Source of the DNA: Alphaproteobacteria bacterium
Lineage (GTDB): Bacteria > Pseudomonadota > Alphaproteobacteria > Rickettsiales > SXRF01
Assembly (NCBI GenBank): GCA_033763775.1
Contig: JANRJW010000003.1
Location: 40,753-104,752 of the forward strand
DNA: 64,000 nt
Direction of reading: 5' to 3'
Both the position numbers and the translations under genes were made by a program. Shown one piece after another: positions 28,335 to 38,893 of the stretch (the stretch's first letter is position 1; the number at the start of each line of letters is the position of its first letter). The notes beneath the pieces were generated by a model that worked only from the letters and a program-made list of their open reading frames with translations, was not told the DNA's origin and did not search any database.

Positions 28335-29605
28335 TTCGCCACCGCCAGTGTGGGAGTGACCAGCGAATCAATAAACCGCCCCTGAAAGAGTGTGATACCA
28401 AGGCCATGGCCATAATCAACGGCGAGTTTGTTATCACACCGGCATAAAATCACACGGTTATGCCCACAATCGGCGACCGCTTTTGCCAGCTCAACATTCT
28501 GACGGTTGCTGAGATCCGATTCAACATCCGCATTCCACTGCACTTTCAGCAGATCCAGCGAGAGCCTTTTGCGATCAATATTGATAAAGCTGTTAATGGT
28601 CAGGCCATCGAGACACACGCGATAGCCCATTTTCTGAGCCTGCGTGCGAGCCAGTATGAAGGCAGACATATCGGCAAACACATCCACCACCGGCAACTCA
28701 AGCACCACCGAGGATTTGATCTCCGGCGCCAGCATCGCATCAAACGCATCAAAATGTTCGGAAAGCAGCGTTTCTACGTTCAGGTTGATGCTGACCGGGT
28801 TCAGCCGCAGCGAAACCGCATCACGACGTATCAGATCCAGCACGCGTTCATCCATGGCGCAGCTGAGATATTTAAACAACCATCGATTCGTGAGCATGTG
28901 GGAATCGGCCACCAACACCTGCCGAAGCTGTGGAATATGCAGGTAACACTCGTCAAACAGGCGGCGTGCAGAAAAATTCTGCCCCACGACACAGACCGGC
29001 TGGCGACGCATCACCGACGCCAGATCCACCGATCGAATCTCTGCTTCAATAGCCTCAAAAAGCGGCAGGCCAGCGCTCACCTGCGATGGCTGCGACGGCG
29101 CTGAAGCGGCCGGAGTTACTGTTCTCACAGATTCCAGCACAGGCGTGCGAGGCGAGGATTCTGTCTGGCGTTCTGGCTGTGTGGTTTTACGAGCTGCAGC
29201 GGCCATGCGGCGATTGCACATTTCGGCAAAACCATTCCAATCACGCGCAAGATCATAAATCGTGCAGAAATCAGGGTTTTCGTGGCCTTCATCGGTATAG
29301 GCGAGCGGATCATCCATGTAGAGATACCGCAGCTGAAACACCAGCTTGTTCAGCACTGTTTTTTCCAGCTGCTGCACCAGCACAATAATGCCATGATCCT
29401 GCAGCAGAAAAATACCGCCTTCATAGGTTTTGAGCAGGTCGTTGATCAGGTTAATAGCGATTTTCACCTGATATTCGCTCTGATATTGCTCAAGCAGATC
29501 GGAGAGCTTGAAGTGCACCGCTTGCCACCCCTGCGGGTCGCGGATGGTGCTCAGCATGTCCACCAGCTTAGCTTCTGCAGAACGCATGATGATCGCGATC
29601 GTCAT
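28331..29605 (-). CDS. Degenerate EAL-domain protein with novel N-terminal domain
   Basis: The C-terminal ~240 aa follow the EAL block order: RRQPV, ECY (in place of EAL), INLNV, VVLELP, CLDGLT (in place of DDFGTG), LKVQ (in place of KxD), and FQGRFI. The stop overlaps the next gene's ATG (ATGA). Confidence 0.6.
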   Translation of the reverse strand: MTIAIIMRSAEAKLVDMLSTIRDPQGWQAVHFKLSDLLEQYQSEYQVKIAINLINDLLKTYEGGIFLLQDHGIIVLVQQLEKTVLNKLVFQLRYLYMDDPLAYTDEGHENPDFCTIYDLARDWNGFAEMCNRRMAAAARKTTQPERQTESSPRTPVLESVRTVTPAASAPSQPSQVSAGLPLFEAIEAEIRSVDLASVMRRQPVCVVGQNFSARRLFDECYLHIPQLRQVLVADSHMLTNRWLFKYLSCAMDERVLDLIRRDAVSLRLNPVSINLNVETLLSEHFDAFDAMLAPEIKSSVVLELPVVDVFADMSAFILARTQAQKMGYRVCLDGLTINSFINIDRKRLSLDLLKVQWNADVESDLSNRQNVELAKAVADCGHNRVILCRCDNKLAVDYGHGLGITLFQGRFIDSLVTPTLAVAN

Positions 29606-29608
29606 GGC

Positions 29609-32386
29609 TTAATTCCCAATAATACGTTTTGATACATAAGCTTCCAGCGAGTCGGTATCCGTGGTCATGTCCGCATCGTCGACCGAGCCGGTAAGCTGCA
29701 CACTGAGTGTCGGCACGGTTTCCGAAGTCATGGCAGGAAACTGGAATAAAGTCGAGAGATTCATCGTCCAGGCAATCAGCCTGAGCTCACCGGTGAGGTT
29801 GCCCAGCATATTACCGGATTTAAGCGTAATGCCTGGCGTACGCACCAGCCCGTTTTTGACATTCAGATAGCCTTCCAGCGAAAATTCTGTGCTGCCATTG
29901 GGTAGTGCCAGATTCACATTGGTCACCACATCAGCCGTTGTACGCGATACTGCAACCGTATCCACCACGCCCCTGAGATTAAAGTTTGACACATTCACCC
30001 CCACGCCGTTGATCGTCAGCTTAGCATCTGCCTGCTGCACCCACGATAGCGGATTAACGCCAGATGTTGTTATCGAGCCGCTGACGCCCACTCTGCCGGT
30101 GATATTGTTGCGCTTACTGAAAGTGGCGATAATTTCTGCAAGGTCGGCATTAGTGATGGTAAAGCCAAGCGATGTTCCCGGCACCTTGCCACCATAGAGC
30201 GTGCCGGTAATATCGCAGCGCCCCTGCCAGAAACCAAAATTAAGCGCCTGAATAGTCAGCACACGGTCACGCAGCACTGATTTCATGCGAAAGCGCTGCA
30301 ACACCGTATCGCGGTGAATCAGCCGCCCAAGGCTGATATCGAAGGTGGCGTTATACCCCTCCATCCAGCTCATATCGAACAGTTCCTCAGGCCATGCCTT
30401 GCCGCCCTGCTGGCTGGGTTTCAGCGCAGCAATATCCGTCTCTACGTCCTTATCTAAGGCAGTGCCGGTGACATCGGCAGCATTTTCCGGCGTGGCCATG
30501 AAGTAGCGCGTATTCAGATCGCTGCCATCATTATAAACCAGTGAGAAAAAGGGTACATCGCCCTTCACATTCAGGTTAAAACTCGCCTCAACCGTGTGGC
30601 TCGGATAGTAAAAGCGCAGGTTATAAATACCAAATTCGCCCTCCTGAGCAAAAAGCCTGAACGCGGCGGATTGTCCGGGGGTGTCCAGAAATGTAAACCC
30701 ATCCACAATCACTTTGAAATCAACGCTCGTTTTCAGTTTTTTGAGCCAGCTGAAATTCATGCTTTTATCAAAGCGCAGAAAATAATCGCTTTTATTCTGG
30801 CTGGAGCGACCTTCGCGCCACACATCGCGGAAATAGTCAAAATTAATATCACGCAGCTTAACATCCGCCTCGATGCGTGGCTTGCCATCAAAATAAGCCA
30901 CCATACCACCGCTCAGATTCAGCTCATTGAGTTTTACTTCTGCCTCAGAAAGCCGCACCTGCTCTGGCGAGATAAACAGATTGGAGCGCACCGAAAACGC
31001 GCCAAACCCTGCCTCTGGCAAATCGCCGGCATTAGGGTCAAGCAGAGTCATCACCTCACGCAGGCTGGAACCCTGCGATTCCATGGTTCCCTCAAAGCGC
31101 AGATTTTTGGATGCACCTTGTGAAATGATACCAAACAACGACAATGATGCATCACCCGGCAGCTGGATTCCGAGCTGATTGATGGTAATAGCAGCATCCT
31201 CCATCTCCGCAGAAAGCCTTGCCTTCTGCCAGGTTTTATCACCCATGAGCACCGTCTCAGCCGTAGCATTCACATTCAGCCTCAGCTGGTCTGGCAGCGC
31301 CATCTGGGGTTTTTCAAACTCATCCCGCATCATCGCCGCAGCATCAGGTTTTCTCTGTTCAGCCAGCAGCAGCATTAACGATTGCCAGTCATGAAACTGA
31401 AACTGCGAAAAGTCCGCCCGCACATCAAACGCAGGCGCTTTGTCCCAGGCAAAGCTGATGCTACCGGCTGCTTTTGAACCCAGCCCTTCAAAGGCCGCTT
31501 CTTTCAGCGCTACCGCCCAGCCATCCTGCGACCAGACACCCGCAAGTTTTATCGGTAGTAGCGGCTGCGATGCATCCTGCGCCGGGGTTGATGGCTGCAT
31601 CGAAAGCCAGTAGTTAAGATCTTCGATACGGCTTGCAAAATCACCGCTGATACTAAGTTTCTCATGCACATAGCCGAGCTGGCCTTTTAGCGTGATTTCG
31701 TCGTTCCTGCTGGCAAGACGAACATCCAGCGGGCGCAAACCATCTGGCGTCGACGCTGGCGCAAGCGCTGCATTCAAGCGCAGATTATGCCCTGCAATCT
31801 CAACACCACCGGAAAGATTCAGCTGGCTACCGGTATTGATCGTCAGATTAATATTCCTGATGGGTAGCGCCTGATTACTCAGGTCGTTGTAATAAAACAC
31901 TCTGCCACTGACAAACACCAGCTCCATCGGCCGCGCAGGCTCGCCGGAGCGCAGCATCGGCTCGAGCAGATCCTGCGCCAGCCAGTCCCAGTGCACTTTA
32001 CCATCATTGGCTCGGCGCATCTCAAGCAGCGAATTTTCGAAAGTAATCGACGAAACGATAATCTGATCCGAAAAAAGCGATAGCATATCCGCGCTGATAT
32101 ACACAGCCTGAGCCGTGAAGGTCGGGGCGGGGTCTTTATCGTCGATACCGCGCAGTTCCAGCCCCGGCACAAAAAGACCGGGCGTTGGCAAGAGCCGCGC
32201 CGTCACACGCCCTTTGATGACGACATCTTTGCCTGTACGCTCTTTGATGGTGCGAATAATCTGCTCGCGGTAATCCTTGGTATCGATGAAACCTTGCGCC
32301 ACCAGCGTCACACCAAGCAGCAGCAGCACGCCAGCCGCCACGCCAACCAATTTTCGCAGAACAGACTGAAATGAGTGTTTAATCAT
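29609..32386 (-). CDS. AsmA-family protein
   Basis: 925 aa with an N-terminal TM anchor (VGVAAGVLLLLGVTLVAQG). The AsmA-like N-terminal block is YREQIIRTIKERTGKDVVIKGRV, followed by a long beta-rich body. Confidence 0.8.
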   Translation of the reverse strand: MIKHSFQSVLRKLVGVAAGVLLLLGVTLVAQGFIDTKDYREQIIRTIKERTGKDVVIKGRVTARLLPTPGLFVPGLELRGIDDKDPAPTFTAQAVYISADMLSLFSDQIIVSSITFENSLLEMRRANDGKVHWDWLAQDLLEPMLRSGEPARPMELVFVSGRVFYYNDLSNQALPIRNINLTINTGSQLNLSGGVEIAGHNLRLNAALAPASTPDGLRPLDVRLASRNDEITLKGQLGYVHEKLSISGDFASRIEDLNYWLSMQPSTPAQDASQPLLPIKLAGVWSQDGWAVALKEAAFEGLGSKAAGSISFAWDKAPAFDVRADFSQFQFHDWQSLMLLLAEQRKPDAAAMMRDEFEKPQMALPDQLRLNVNATAETVLMGDKTWQKARLSAEMEDAAITINQLGIQLPGDASLSLFGIISQGASKNLRFEGTMESQGSSLREVMTLLDPNAGDLPEAGFGAFSVRSNLFISPEQVRLSEAEVKLNELNLSGGMVAYFDGKPRIEADVKLRDINFDYFRDVWREGRSSQNKSDYFLRFDKSMNFSWLKKLKTSVDFKVIVDGFTFLDTPGQSAAFRLFAQEGEFGIYNLRFYYPSHTVEASFNLNVKGDVPFFSLVYNDGSDLNTRYFMATPENAADVTGTALDKDVETDIAALKPSQQGGKAWPEELFDMSWMEGYNATFDISLGRLIHRDTVLQRFRMKSVLRDRVLTIQALNFGFWQGRCDITGTLYGGKVPGTSLGFTITNADLAEIIATFSKRNNITGRVGVSGSITTSGVNPLSWVQQADAKLTINGVGVNVSNFNLRGVVDTVAVSRTTADVVTNVNLALPNGSTEFSLEGYLNVKNGLVRTPGITLKSGNMLGNLTGELRLIAWTMNLSTLFQFPAMTSETVPTLSVQLTGSVDDADMTTDTDSLEAYVSKRIIGN

Positions 32387-32449
32387 GGCACGCTTGGAAT
32401 ATCATCACGAACAGATATCGTAGGGAGTATTCCATAATTTTTCACTAAA

Positions 32450-33067
32450 TTATTTTGTAATCATGAAAACACCCTGCTCGCCACACAGGTTGGCAAGCAA
32501 GCCATAGCGGGAAAATCTTGCTGGCGCGCCCTGATGCGACACCCATAGACGCTGCTCAATCGTCAGGCCCAGCGTTTCGCACAGCACCACAAAATCACGA
32601 ATCGTGCAGAAATGAATATTCGGCGTATCATACCACTGATAGCTGAGGCTGCGCGTCACCGGCATACGGCCATGCCACAGCAGGTAAAAACGGTTTTTCC
32701 AGTGGCCGAAATTCGGCACCGACACAATCGCATGACGGCCAATACGCACCAGCTGTTCCAGCACTTCTCTGGGGTTATCCAGCGCCTGCAGTGTCTGGCT
32801 GAGAATGGCGTAGTCATAGGCCTGCGTCGGATAATAGGCAAGATCGCTGCTAGCATCGCCCTGAATCACTGAAAGTCCGCGCGCAATGGCACGATTAACG
32901 CGCTGCTGGTTGATTTCAATGCCACGGCCACGAATCGCTTTTTCACGCTGCAGCCAGTCGAGCAGGTCGCCCTCGCCGCAGCCAATGTCAATCACACTGG
33001 CGCCGTGGGGCACCATGCTGGCAATCGCCTGTAAATCGACACGAAGCAGGCTCATACCACGCCCCAT
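32450..33067 (-). CDS. metW: Methionine biosynthesis protein MetW
   Basis: SAM-MTase-like [15 protein letters not shown]. It overlaps the metX 3' end, which is the classic metXW pair. Confidence 0.9.
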   Translation of the reverse strand: MGRGMSLLRVDLQAIASMVPHGASVIDIGCGEGDLLDWLQREKAIRGRGIEINQQRVNRAIARGLSVIQGDASSDLAYYPTQAYDYAILSQTLQALDNPREVLEQLVRIGRHAIVSVPNFGHWKNRFYLLWHGRMPVTRSLSYQWYDTPNIHFCTIRDFVVLCETLGLTIEQRLWVSHQGAPARFSRYGLLANLCGEQGVFMITK

Positions 33068-34278
33068 TTTCGTGCTGATCCATCCAGAAACCCCTGCAAT
33101 GTTTCATCGAACACCGGCAAATCAAGCAGAAAGGAATCATGCCCCTTATCGCTATCGATCTCCGCATAGCTGACATCCGCGGCCACTGCGTTCAGTGCAC
33201 GCACCAGCCGCTTGCTCTCAGCGGGCGTGTAGAGCCAGTCGCTGGTAAAGGCCACCACCAGAAACCTGACCGACGTGCCGGCAAACACCTCCGCAAGACC
33301 ATGCTTGCCTCCGCTCGTCAGGTCAAAATAGCTGGCAGCGCGGGTGAGGTAGAGGTAACTATTCGCATCAAAGCGATCAACAAAGCTCATGCCCTGATGA
33401 CGCAGGTAGCTTTCAATCGTAAAATCCGCATCAAACCCATAAGTGTAGTGCTCGCGGTTTTGCAGGCTGCGGCCAAATTTCTGCTGCAGCATCGCTTCTG
33501 AAAGATAGGTCACATGCGCTGCCATCCGCGCCACAGCCAGCCCTTTGCTGGGATACTGATGCTGCTGAATGTAGCTGCCGCCGCACCAGCTAGGATCGGC
33601 CATAATCGCCTGGCGGCCAATTTCATGAAACGCGATATTCTGGGCAGACTGGCGAGTGGCGGTGGCAATCACCGCTGCTGATTGAACACGCTGGGGAAAT
33701 CGCACCGTCCATTCCAGCGCCTGCATACCGCCCATGGATCCGCCCACCACCGCAAACAACCGCTCTATACCAAGATAATCCAGCAGCAGCGCCTGCGCCT
33801 GCACCATGTCGCCCATAGTGATAAACGGAAAATCCAGCCCATAAGGCTGGCCGGTGTCGGGGTTTGTTTCTTTCGGGCCAAACGATCCCATGCAGCCGCC
33901 CATCACATTGCTGCACACCACAAAAAAACGATCCGTATCAATCGGCTTGCCAGCGCCAACCATGCGGTGCCACCAGCCGTCTTTTCCAGTCACGGGGTGG
34001 GTGCCGCACACATATTGATCCCCGGTTAATGCGTGGCAGATTAGAATCGCATTGCTGCGCTCGGCGTTAAGCTTGCCGTAGGTCTGATAGGCAATAGGAA
34101 TATCACGCACGCTGACGCCGCTTTCCAGCTTCAGCGGGTTGCTAGCAGCAAGACGCACCACATGTCCTACGTCCACCTGCCGGTACGATGCACCAAAAAA
34201 AGAAACCACCATCCTTTCTTGATAGGTGATGCGTGTGAGCGGGTCAAGCGCCTGCCGCCCTCGAGTTGCGCTTGCCAT
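33052..34278 (-). CDS. metX: Homoserine O-acetyltransferase
   Basis: Alpha/beta hydrolase with [12 protein letters not shown] and [10 protein letters not shown]. The start is uncertain, and an internal Met is possible. Confidence 0.9.
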   Translation of the reverse strand: MASATRGRQALDPLTRITYQERMVVSFFGASYRQVDVGHVVRLAASNPLKLESGVSVRDIPIAYQTYGKLNAERSNAILICHALTGDQYVCGTHPVTGKDGWWHRMVGAGKPIDTDRFFVVCSNVMGGCMGSFGPKETNPDTGQPYGLDFPFITMGDMVQAQALLLDYLGIERLFAVVGGSMGGMQALEWTVRFPQRVQSAAVIATATRQSAQNIAFHEIGRQAIMADPSWCGGSYIQQHQYPSKGLAVARMAAHVTYLSEAMLQQKFGRSLQNREHYTYGFDADFTIESYLRHQGMSFVDRFDANSYLYLTRAASYFDLTSGGKHGLAEVFAGTSVRFLVVAFTSDWLYTPAESKRLVRALNAVAADVSYAEIDSDKGHDSFLLDLPVFDETLQGFLDGSARKWGVV

Positions 34279-34306
34279 TTACCGGCGCGTCCATTATCGC
34301 TCAGGC

Positions 34307-35194
34307 ATGAGCATGGATATGAGCATAAAAGATACCACCCCACCCGAACTGAAAGCGTTCCGCGACCGCATCGATGCGGTGGATGACCAGCTGATTGCGC
34401 TTTTTAAGCAGCGCGCGGGCATTGTGCGCGAAGTGGGGCGCTACAAGCATCGCGTCAAGCCGGGCATCTGCCCCATTCGTCCGGCGCGTGAGGCGCATAT
34501 GGTGGCACGGATCGCCGCGGCATTTACCGGCAGCGAGTTCAGCCCGGCCGCTGCGGCCACGCTGTGGCGCACGTTGATTGGCGCCTCCACCGCCATGGAA
34601 GCGCCACTGCCGATTACCGCCGCCACCAGCACCGGAGATGATTCGCTTTACTGGCTGGCGCGGGAATATTTCGGACCATTCCTGCCGATCAGCCGTCAGC
34701 CCACCGCCCGGCGCGCCGTCAGCGAAGTCTTTGACGGCCGGGCATCGGTCTGTGTGCTCCCGCTGATACGAGCAGACGAGCAGGAGAGCTGGTGGCCACT
34801 GCTGATGCAGGAGCGCGAGGTGCCGCTGCGTGTCTTTGCGCATGTGCCCTACACTTATTTTTCAGGTGATGAGAAATCCAGAGTTGGCGGCTTTGCGGTA
34901 GCGGCGCTCGAAACAGAAATCACCGGCGATGATCGAACGCTGGTAGTGCTTGAAACATCCCACGATGTAAGCCAGAGCCGCTTGAATAGTGCGCTGGAGG
35001 CGGCGGCGCTGGATGCGCGCTGGCTGCACACGGCCAGCCCGGGCACAGCCAGACGCCAGCACGTGCTGGATGTGGCGGGTTTTCTCAGCGAAAACAGCGT
35101 GGCGATCACAGGTCTGAAAAAGGTTCTGGAACCGGCACTTGAGCGGGTGTATATCCTCGGCCATTATGCCTCTCCCATCACCCTTACGACCTGA
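34307..35194 (+). CDS. Chorismate mutase family protein
   Basis: CM_2 N-terminus LKAFRDRIDAVDDQLIALFKQRAGIVREVGRYK. I chose ATG 34307 inside the longer track ORF. Confidence 0.75.
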   Translation: MSMDMSIKDTTPPELKAFRDRIDAVDDQLIALFKQRAGIVREVGRYKHRVKPGICPIRPAREAHMVARIAAAFTGSEFSPAAAATLWRTLIGASTAMEAPLPITAATSTGDDSLYWLAREYFGPFLPISRQPTARRAVSEVFDGRASVCVLPLIRADEQESWWPLLMQEREVPLRVFAHVPYTYFSGDEKSRVGGFAVAALETEITGDDRTLVVLETSHDVSQSRLNSALEAAALDARWLHTASPGTARRQHVLDVAGFLSENSVAITGLKKVLEPALERVYILGHYASPITLTT

Positions 35195-35198
35195 CCCT

Positions 35199-36284
35199 AT
35201 GCCCCAGCTTTCACCCAAACCCGGTATTCTTGATATCGCTCCCTATGTGGGCGGCAAATCCAGCACTCGGCCGGGCGTTAAAACCATCAAACTTTCTTCC
35301 AATGAAAACCCGCTTGGTGCCAGCCCGCTGGCGGCGAGCGCCTATAGCGCAGCCGCCGCGACCCTTCACCGCTATCCGGATGGCAGCGCGGCCAAGCTGC
35401 GCGAGGCGATTAAACATGTGCATGGCCTGCCTGCAGAAAATTTAATCTGCGGCGCCGGCTCCGATGAGCTGATTGGCCTGCTCATCCATGCCTATGCCGG
35501 AGTGGGTGATGAGGTGCTGATGAGCCGCCATGGGTTTCTCATGTATCAGATCTACGCGCAGGGCTTTGGCGCCAGCGTGGTGATGGCACCGGAAAAAAAC
35601 CTCCACACTGATGTTGATGCCATGCTTGCGGCAGTCAGCCCGCGCACGCGCATCGTGTTTGTGGCCAACCCGAACAACCCCACCGGCACCTACCTGCCGC
35701 GCTCAGAGCTCCACCGTCTTCATGCGGGTCTGCCTTCGAATGTACTGCTGGTGATTGACGATGCCTACAGCGAGTATGTCACGGCCGATGATTACAGCGA
35801 TGGCCATGAGCTGGTGCGCCACGGCAATGTCTGCGCGCTGCACACTTTTTCTAAAATTCATGGGCTTTCTGCGCTGCGCGTGGGCTGGGGCGTGACCAGC
35901 GCTGAGATTGCTTCGGTCATCGGACGCATACGCGGGCCATTCAATCTCTCCACCCCTGCCATCGAGGCCGCCGCCGCCGCCATCATGGATGAGACCTTCA
36001 TCCGCACCTCGCGTGATACGAATAACCAGCAGCTGGCATGGATGCAGCGTGAGCTGACCGCGCTTGGGCTGCAGGTCGTGCCGAGTGTCACCAATTTCGT
36101 GCTGGTACGTTTCGCTGGCGAACCTCATAGCGCTAAACAAGCCAATAGCTACCTCACCGAGCGCGGCATCATCCCGCGTGAGGTCGCGAGCTATGGACTT
36201 GCGGATTATCTTCGTATCAGCATCGGCCTTGCGCAGGAAAACCGCGCCGTTATCGATACTCTCAAGCAATTTCTGGGGCGCTGA
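35199..36284 (+). CDS. hisC: Histidinol-phosphate aminotransferase
   Basis: Class II aminotransferase pattern: KLSSNENPLG, NPNNPTG, and TFSKIHGLSALRVGW (PLP Lys). I chose ATG 35199. Confidence 0.85.
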   Translation: MPQLSPKPGILDIAPYVGGKSSTRPGVKTIKLSSNENPLGASPLAASAYSAAAATLHRYPDGSAAKLREAIKHVHGLPAENLICGAGSDELIGLLIHAYAGVGDEVLMSRHGFLMYQIYAQGFGASVVMAPEKNLHTDVDAMLAAVSPRTRIVFVANPNNPTGTYLPRSELHRLHAGLPSNVLLVIDDAYSEYVTADDYSDGHELVRHGNVCALHTFSKIHGLSALRVGWGVTSAEIASVIGRIRGPFNLSTPAIEAAAAAIMDETFIRTSRDTNNQQLAWMQRELTALGLQVVPSVTNFVLVRFAGEPHSAKQANSYLTERGIIPREVASYGLADYLRISIGLAQENRAVIDTLKQFLGR

Positions 36285-37369
36285 TGTTTCTTTTTGAACG
36301 CATCACCATCATCGGCCTCGGGCTCATCGGCAGCTCGCTGGCACGCGCCATCAGGCAGCAAGAGCTATCCGGCACGCTTGTTGGCTGTGATCAGGATGAA
36401 GAGTCGCTGCTCTATGCGCGCTCGCACAAGCTGGTGGATCTTGCGCTGCGTGATCCTGCCACTGCCGTGAAGCAATCCGATCTGGTGATTCTCGCTGTAC
36501 CTCCAGGCAGCATGGGCGATGTCGCAAAACAGATGCGCCCAGGCCTTCGCAAAGGCGCGATTGTGATGGACACCGCCTCAGTGAAGCTACCGGTGATTGA
36601 AGCCATCAGCGCGCAGCTGCCGACCACGGTGGATTTCATTCCCGCCCACCCGATTGCCGGCAGCGAACATGCTGGCATCAGCGCTGGCCGCGTGGATTTA
36701 TTTTCCGGCCGGCGTGTCATCCTCTCCCCGGCGGAGCCACTTCAGGGGCGTATGCTGGAGCTCATGACGCGCTTCTGGCAAAGCCTTGGCGCACGCGTCG
36801 AGGGTGTGCCACCGCAGCTGCATGATACTATCTACGCCCATATCTCCCATCTGCCGCAGCTGCTTGCTTTTGCCACACGCGGCATTATTCCTTCTGGCGG
36901 CCGCGAAATACTCGAGCGTTTCATGCGCCTGCAGGCGTCGCCGCCGGCGCTCTGGGCGGATATTTTTCTGCTGAACCGCGAGCCGCTGCTGGCGGCGCTG
37001 GATCGCTACATGGATGCGCTATGGCATATTAAAAGCGAGCTATCGCAGGCGCCTAAGGATGAAGGTAGCCAAAGCGATGAAGCCATGGTGCGCAGTGTGC
37101 TGCTACCGCGCATTCTGGCGGCGTGCCTTGTCACCACCGTCATGGAATGTGAAAAAAAGCTCGGCTTTAGTTTCTCGCGCTACAGCGGGCAGGGATTCAA
37201 GGATTTCACCGCGCCAGCGAGCGAAACGCCTGATGGGGATATTGAACAGATCTCAAGCCACTACCTGCCCACCCTTGCCCTGCTTCAGCAGTTTCTGGAC
37301 ACGCTCAGCAAACTGCGCGAGCTACTCGCCAGCGGGCAGCTATCATCACTTTCCTCAGCGCTGAAATAG
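36284..37369 (+). CDS. tyrC: Prephenate/arogenate dehydrogenase
   Basis: Rossmann fold ITIIGLGLIGSSLA and HPIAGSEHAG. Its ATG overlaps the hisC stop. Confidence 0.8.
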   Translation: MFLFERITIIGLGLIGSSLARAIRQQELSGTLVGCDQDEESLLYARSHKLVDLALRDPATAVKQSDLVILAVPPGSMGDVAKQMRPGLRKGAIVMDTASVKLPVIEAISAQLPTTVDFIPAHPIAGSEHAGISAGRVDLFSGRRVILSPAEPLQGRMLELMTRFWQSLGARVEGVPPQLHDTIYAHISHLPQLLAFATRGIIPSGGREILERFMRLQASPPALWADIFLLNREPLLAALDRYMDALWHIKSELSQAPKDEGSQSDEAMVRSVLLPRILAACLVTTVMECEKKLGFSFSRYSGQGFKDFTAPASETPDGDIEQISSHYLPTLALLQQFLDTLSKLRELLASGQLSSLSSALK

Positions 37370-38059
37370 CTGCAAGGTCTGGGTGTGGTCGCGCACATGC
37401 GCGTCATAAGCAAAGCCGAGAAAATGGGTCGCGCTGTAATCAGGGTGCGTGGCCGCATGCTCACCATATAAAATCGCTGTGCAGCCAGTATTGTGCGCGC
37501 ATTCAAGATCAATATCGCTATCGCCGATAAACCACACATCTCTGGCGGGTTTAATCTGTGTTTTTTCAAACGCCATATGCACCGGGTCCACAAAGGGTTT
37601 ATCGCGGCGCGCATCATCCGCACCCACCACATGGTCAAACCAGCTCTGCCAGCCAATATGCTGCACTTCCTGCCTCAGGTTTGGTCCTTTTTTATTACTC
37701 ACCACCACGCAGTAAAGCCCCTGCTCCTTCACGCGCGCAAGCACTTCCTCAGCACGCGGAAGCGCTTCCAGCCGGTCGAGATGATGCTTGCGATAGTGGC
37801 GCTGATAGATCTCACCGGCCTGTTGCCAATGCTGCCCAAAAATTTCAGGGAATGAATCGCGCATCGATTTACGCACGCGGTTTTTGGTCTGCTCGAAGCT
37901 CCAGGGCTGCTGCCCCATTTCTTCAAACGTGGCTACCAGCGCGGCGTGGATAATCGGCCAGGTGTTCACCAGCGTGTTATCCCAGTCAAAAATCACTGCT
38001 CTTGGTTCAGTTAAGGTCATCGCGGCGAAATCCTGTGCTGGTGAAAACATGCTGGTCAT
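37355..38059 (-). CDS. HAD-superfamily hydrolase (phosphoglycolate phosphatase-like)
   Basis: Motif I is VIFDWDNTLV and motif IV is WFIGDSDIDLECA. The start is uncertain because there are several in-frame Met codons. Confidence 0.75.
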   Translation of the reverse strand: MTSMFSPAQDFAAMTLTEPRAVIFDWDNTLVNTWPIIHAALVATFEEMGQQPWSFEQTKNRVRKSMRDSFPEIFGQHWQQAGEIYQRHYRKHHLDRLEALPRAEEVLARVKEQGLYCVVVSNKKGPNLRQEVQHIGWQSWFDHVVGADDARRDKPFVDPVHMAFEKTQIKPARDVWFIGDSDIDLECAHNTGCTAILYGEHAATHPDYSATHFLGFAYDAHVRDHTQTLQLFQR

Positions 38060-38885
38060 AGAGCGCCTGAAGCTGGCGTGTCACGCTGCCAACCTCGCCG
38101 CTGCCGATTGGTTTACCATCGAGCAATACCACCGGCAGCACATTAATGCTCGTTGAGGTGATAAATGCCTCGCGCGCGGCCATGGCCTCGGCGGGGCTGA
38201 AAGGCCGCTCGGTAACCTGAAAGCCGCCAGCGCGTGCAAGCCCAAGCAGCACATCGCGGGTAATGCCGCCGAGAATGCGCTCATCGGCCGGATGGGTAAT
38301 GATATGGCCGTCATCATTCACAATATAGCTGTTGGAAACGGCGCCTTCGGTCATCATGCCGTCGGTCGCCACCAGCCACGCCTCGCGCGCGCCGCTTCTG
38401 GCGGCTTCCTGTTTTGCCAGCACATTGGCAAGTAGCGAGATGGATTTAATATCCCTGCGCGCCCAGCGCTGGTCAGGCTGGCTGATCACAGCAACGCCGC
38501 GCAGCACCTCAGCCGGTTTAGGAAATTTCGCCGCACCCACCGTCATCACCAGCGACGGCCGAGCCGACTTCGGAAAAGCATGGTCACGCCGTGCCACCCC
38601 CCGGCTTATCTGCAGATACAGCCCGCCATGCTCGCGGTTGTTTCGGGCAATCAGCTCATCAATCACCAGCGCCAGCGCTGCGCGGCTCATCGGCGCGGCA
38701 ATGGCCAGCGCTTTCAGGCTGCGCTCCAGGCGGGCAAAGTGCAGCTCGCCATCCAGCAGACGGCGATGATAAAACGCGATATACTCATAAATCCCATCAG
38801 AAAACTGATAGCCGCGATCTTCAATCGGCACCACCGCATGCGACTGCGCCACAAAACGACCATTCACATAGGCAATACGCGCCAC
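38007..38885 (-). CDS. D-amino-acid (class IV) aminotransferase
   Basis: PIEDRGYQFSDGIYEY matches the Dat-type N-terminal block. Length 292 aa. Confidence 0.75.
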   Translation of the reverse strand: MARIAYVNGRFVAQSHAVVPIEDRGYQFSDGIYEYIAFYHRRLLDGELHFARLERSLKALAIAAPMSRAALALVIDELIARNNREHGGLYLQISRGVARRDHAFPKSARPSLVMTVGAAKFPKPAEVLRGVAVISQPDQRWARRDIKSISLLANVLAKQEAARSGAREAWLVATDGMMTEGAVSNSYIVNDDGHIITHPADERILGGITRDVLLGLARAGGFQVTERPFSPAEAMAAREAFITSTSINVLPVVLLDGKPIGSGEVGSVTRQLQALYDQHVFTSTGFRRDDLN

Positions 38886-38893
38886 AAATCCCC

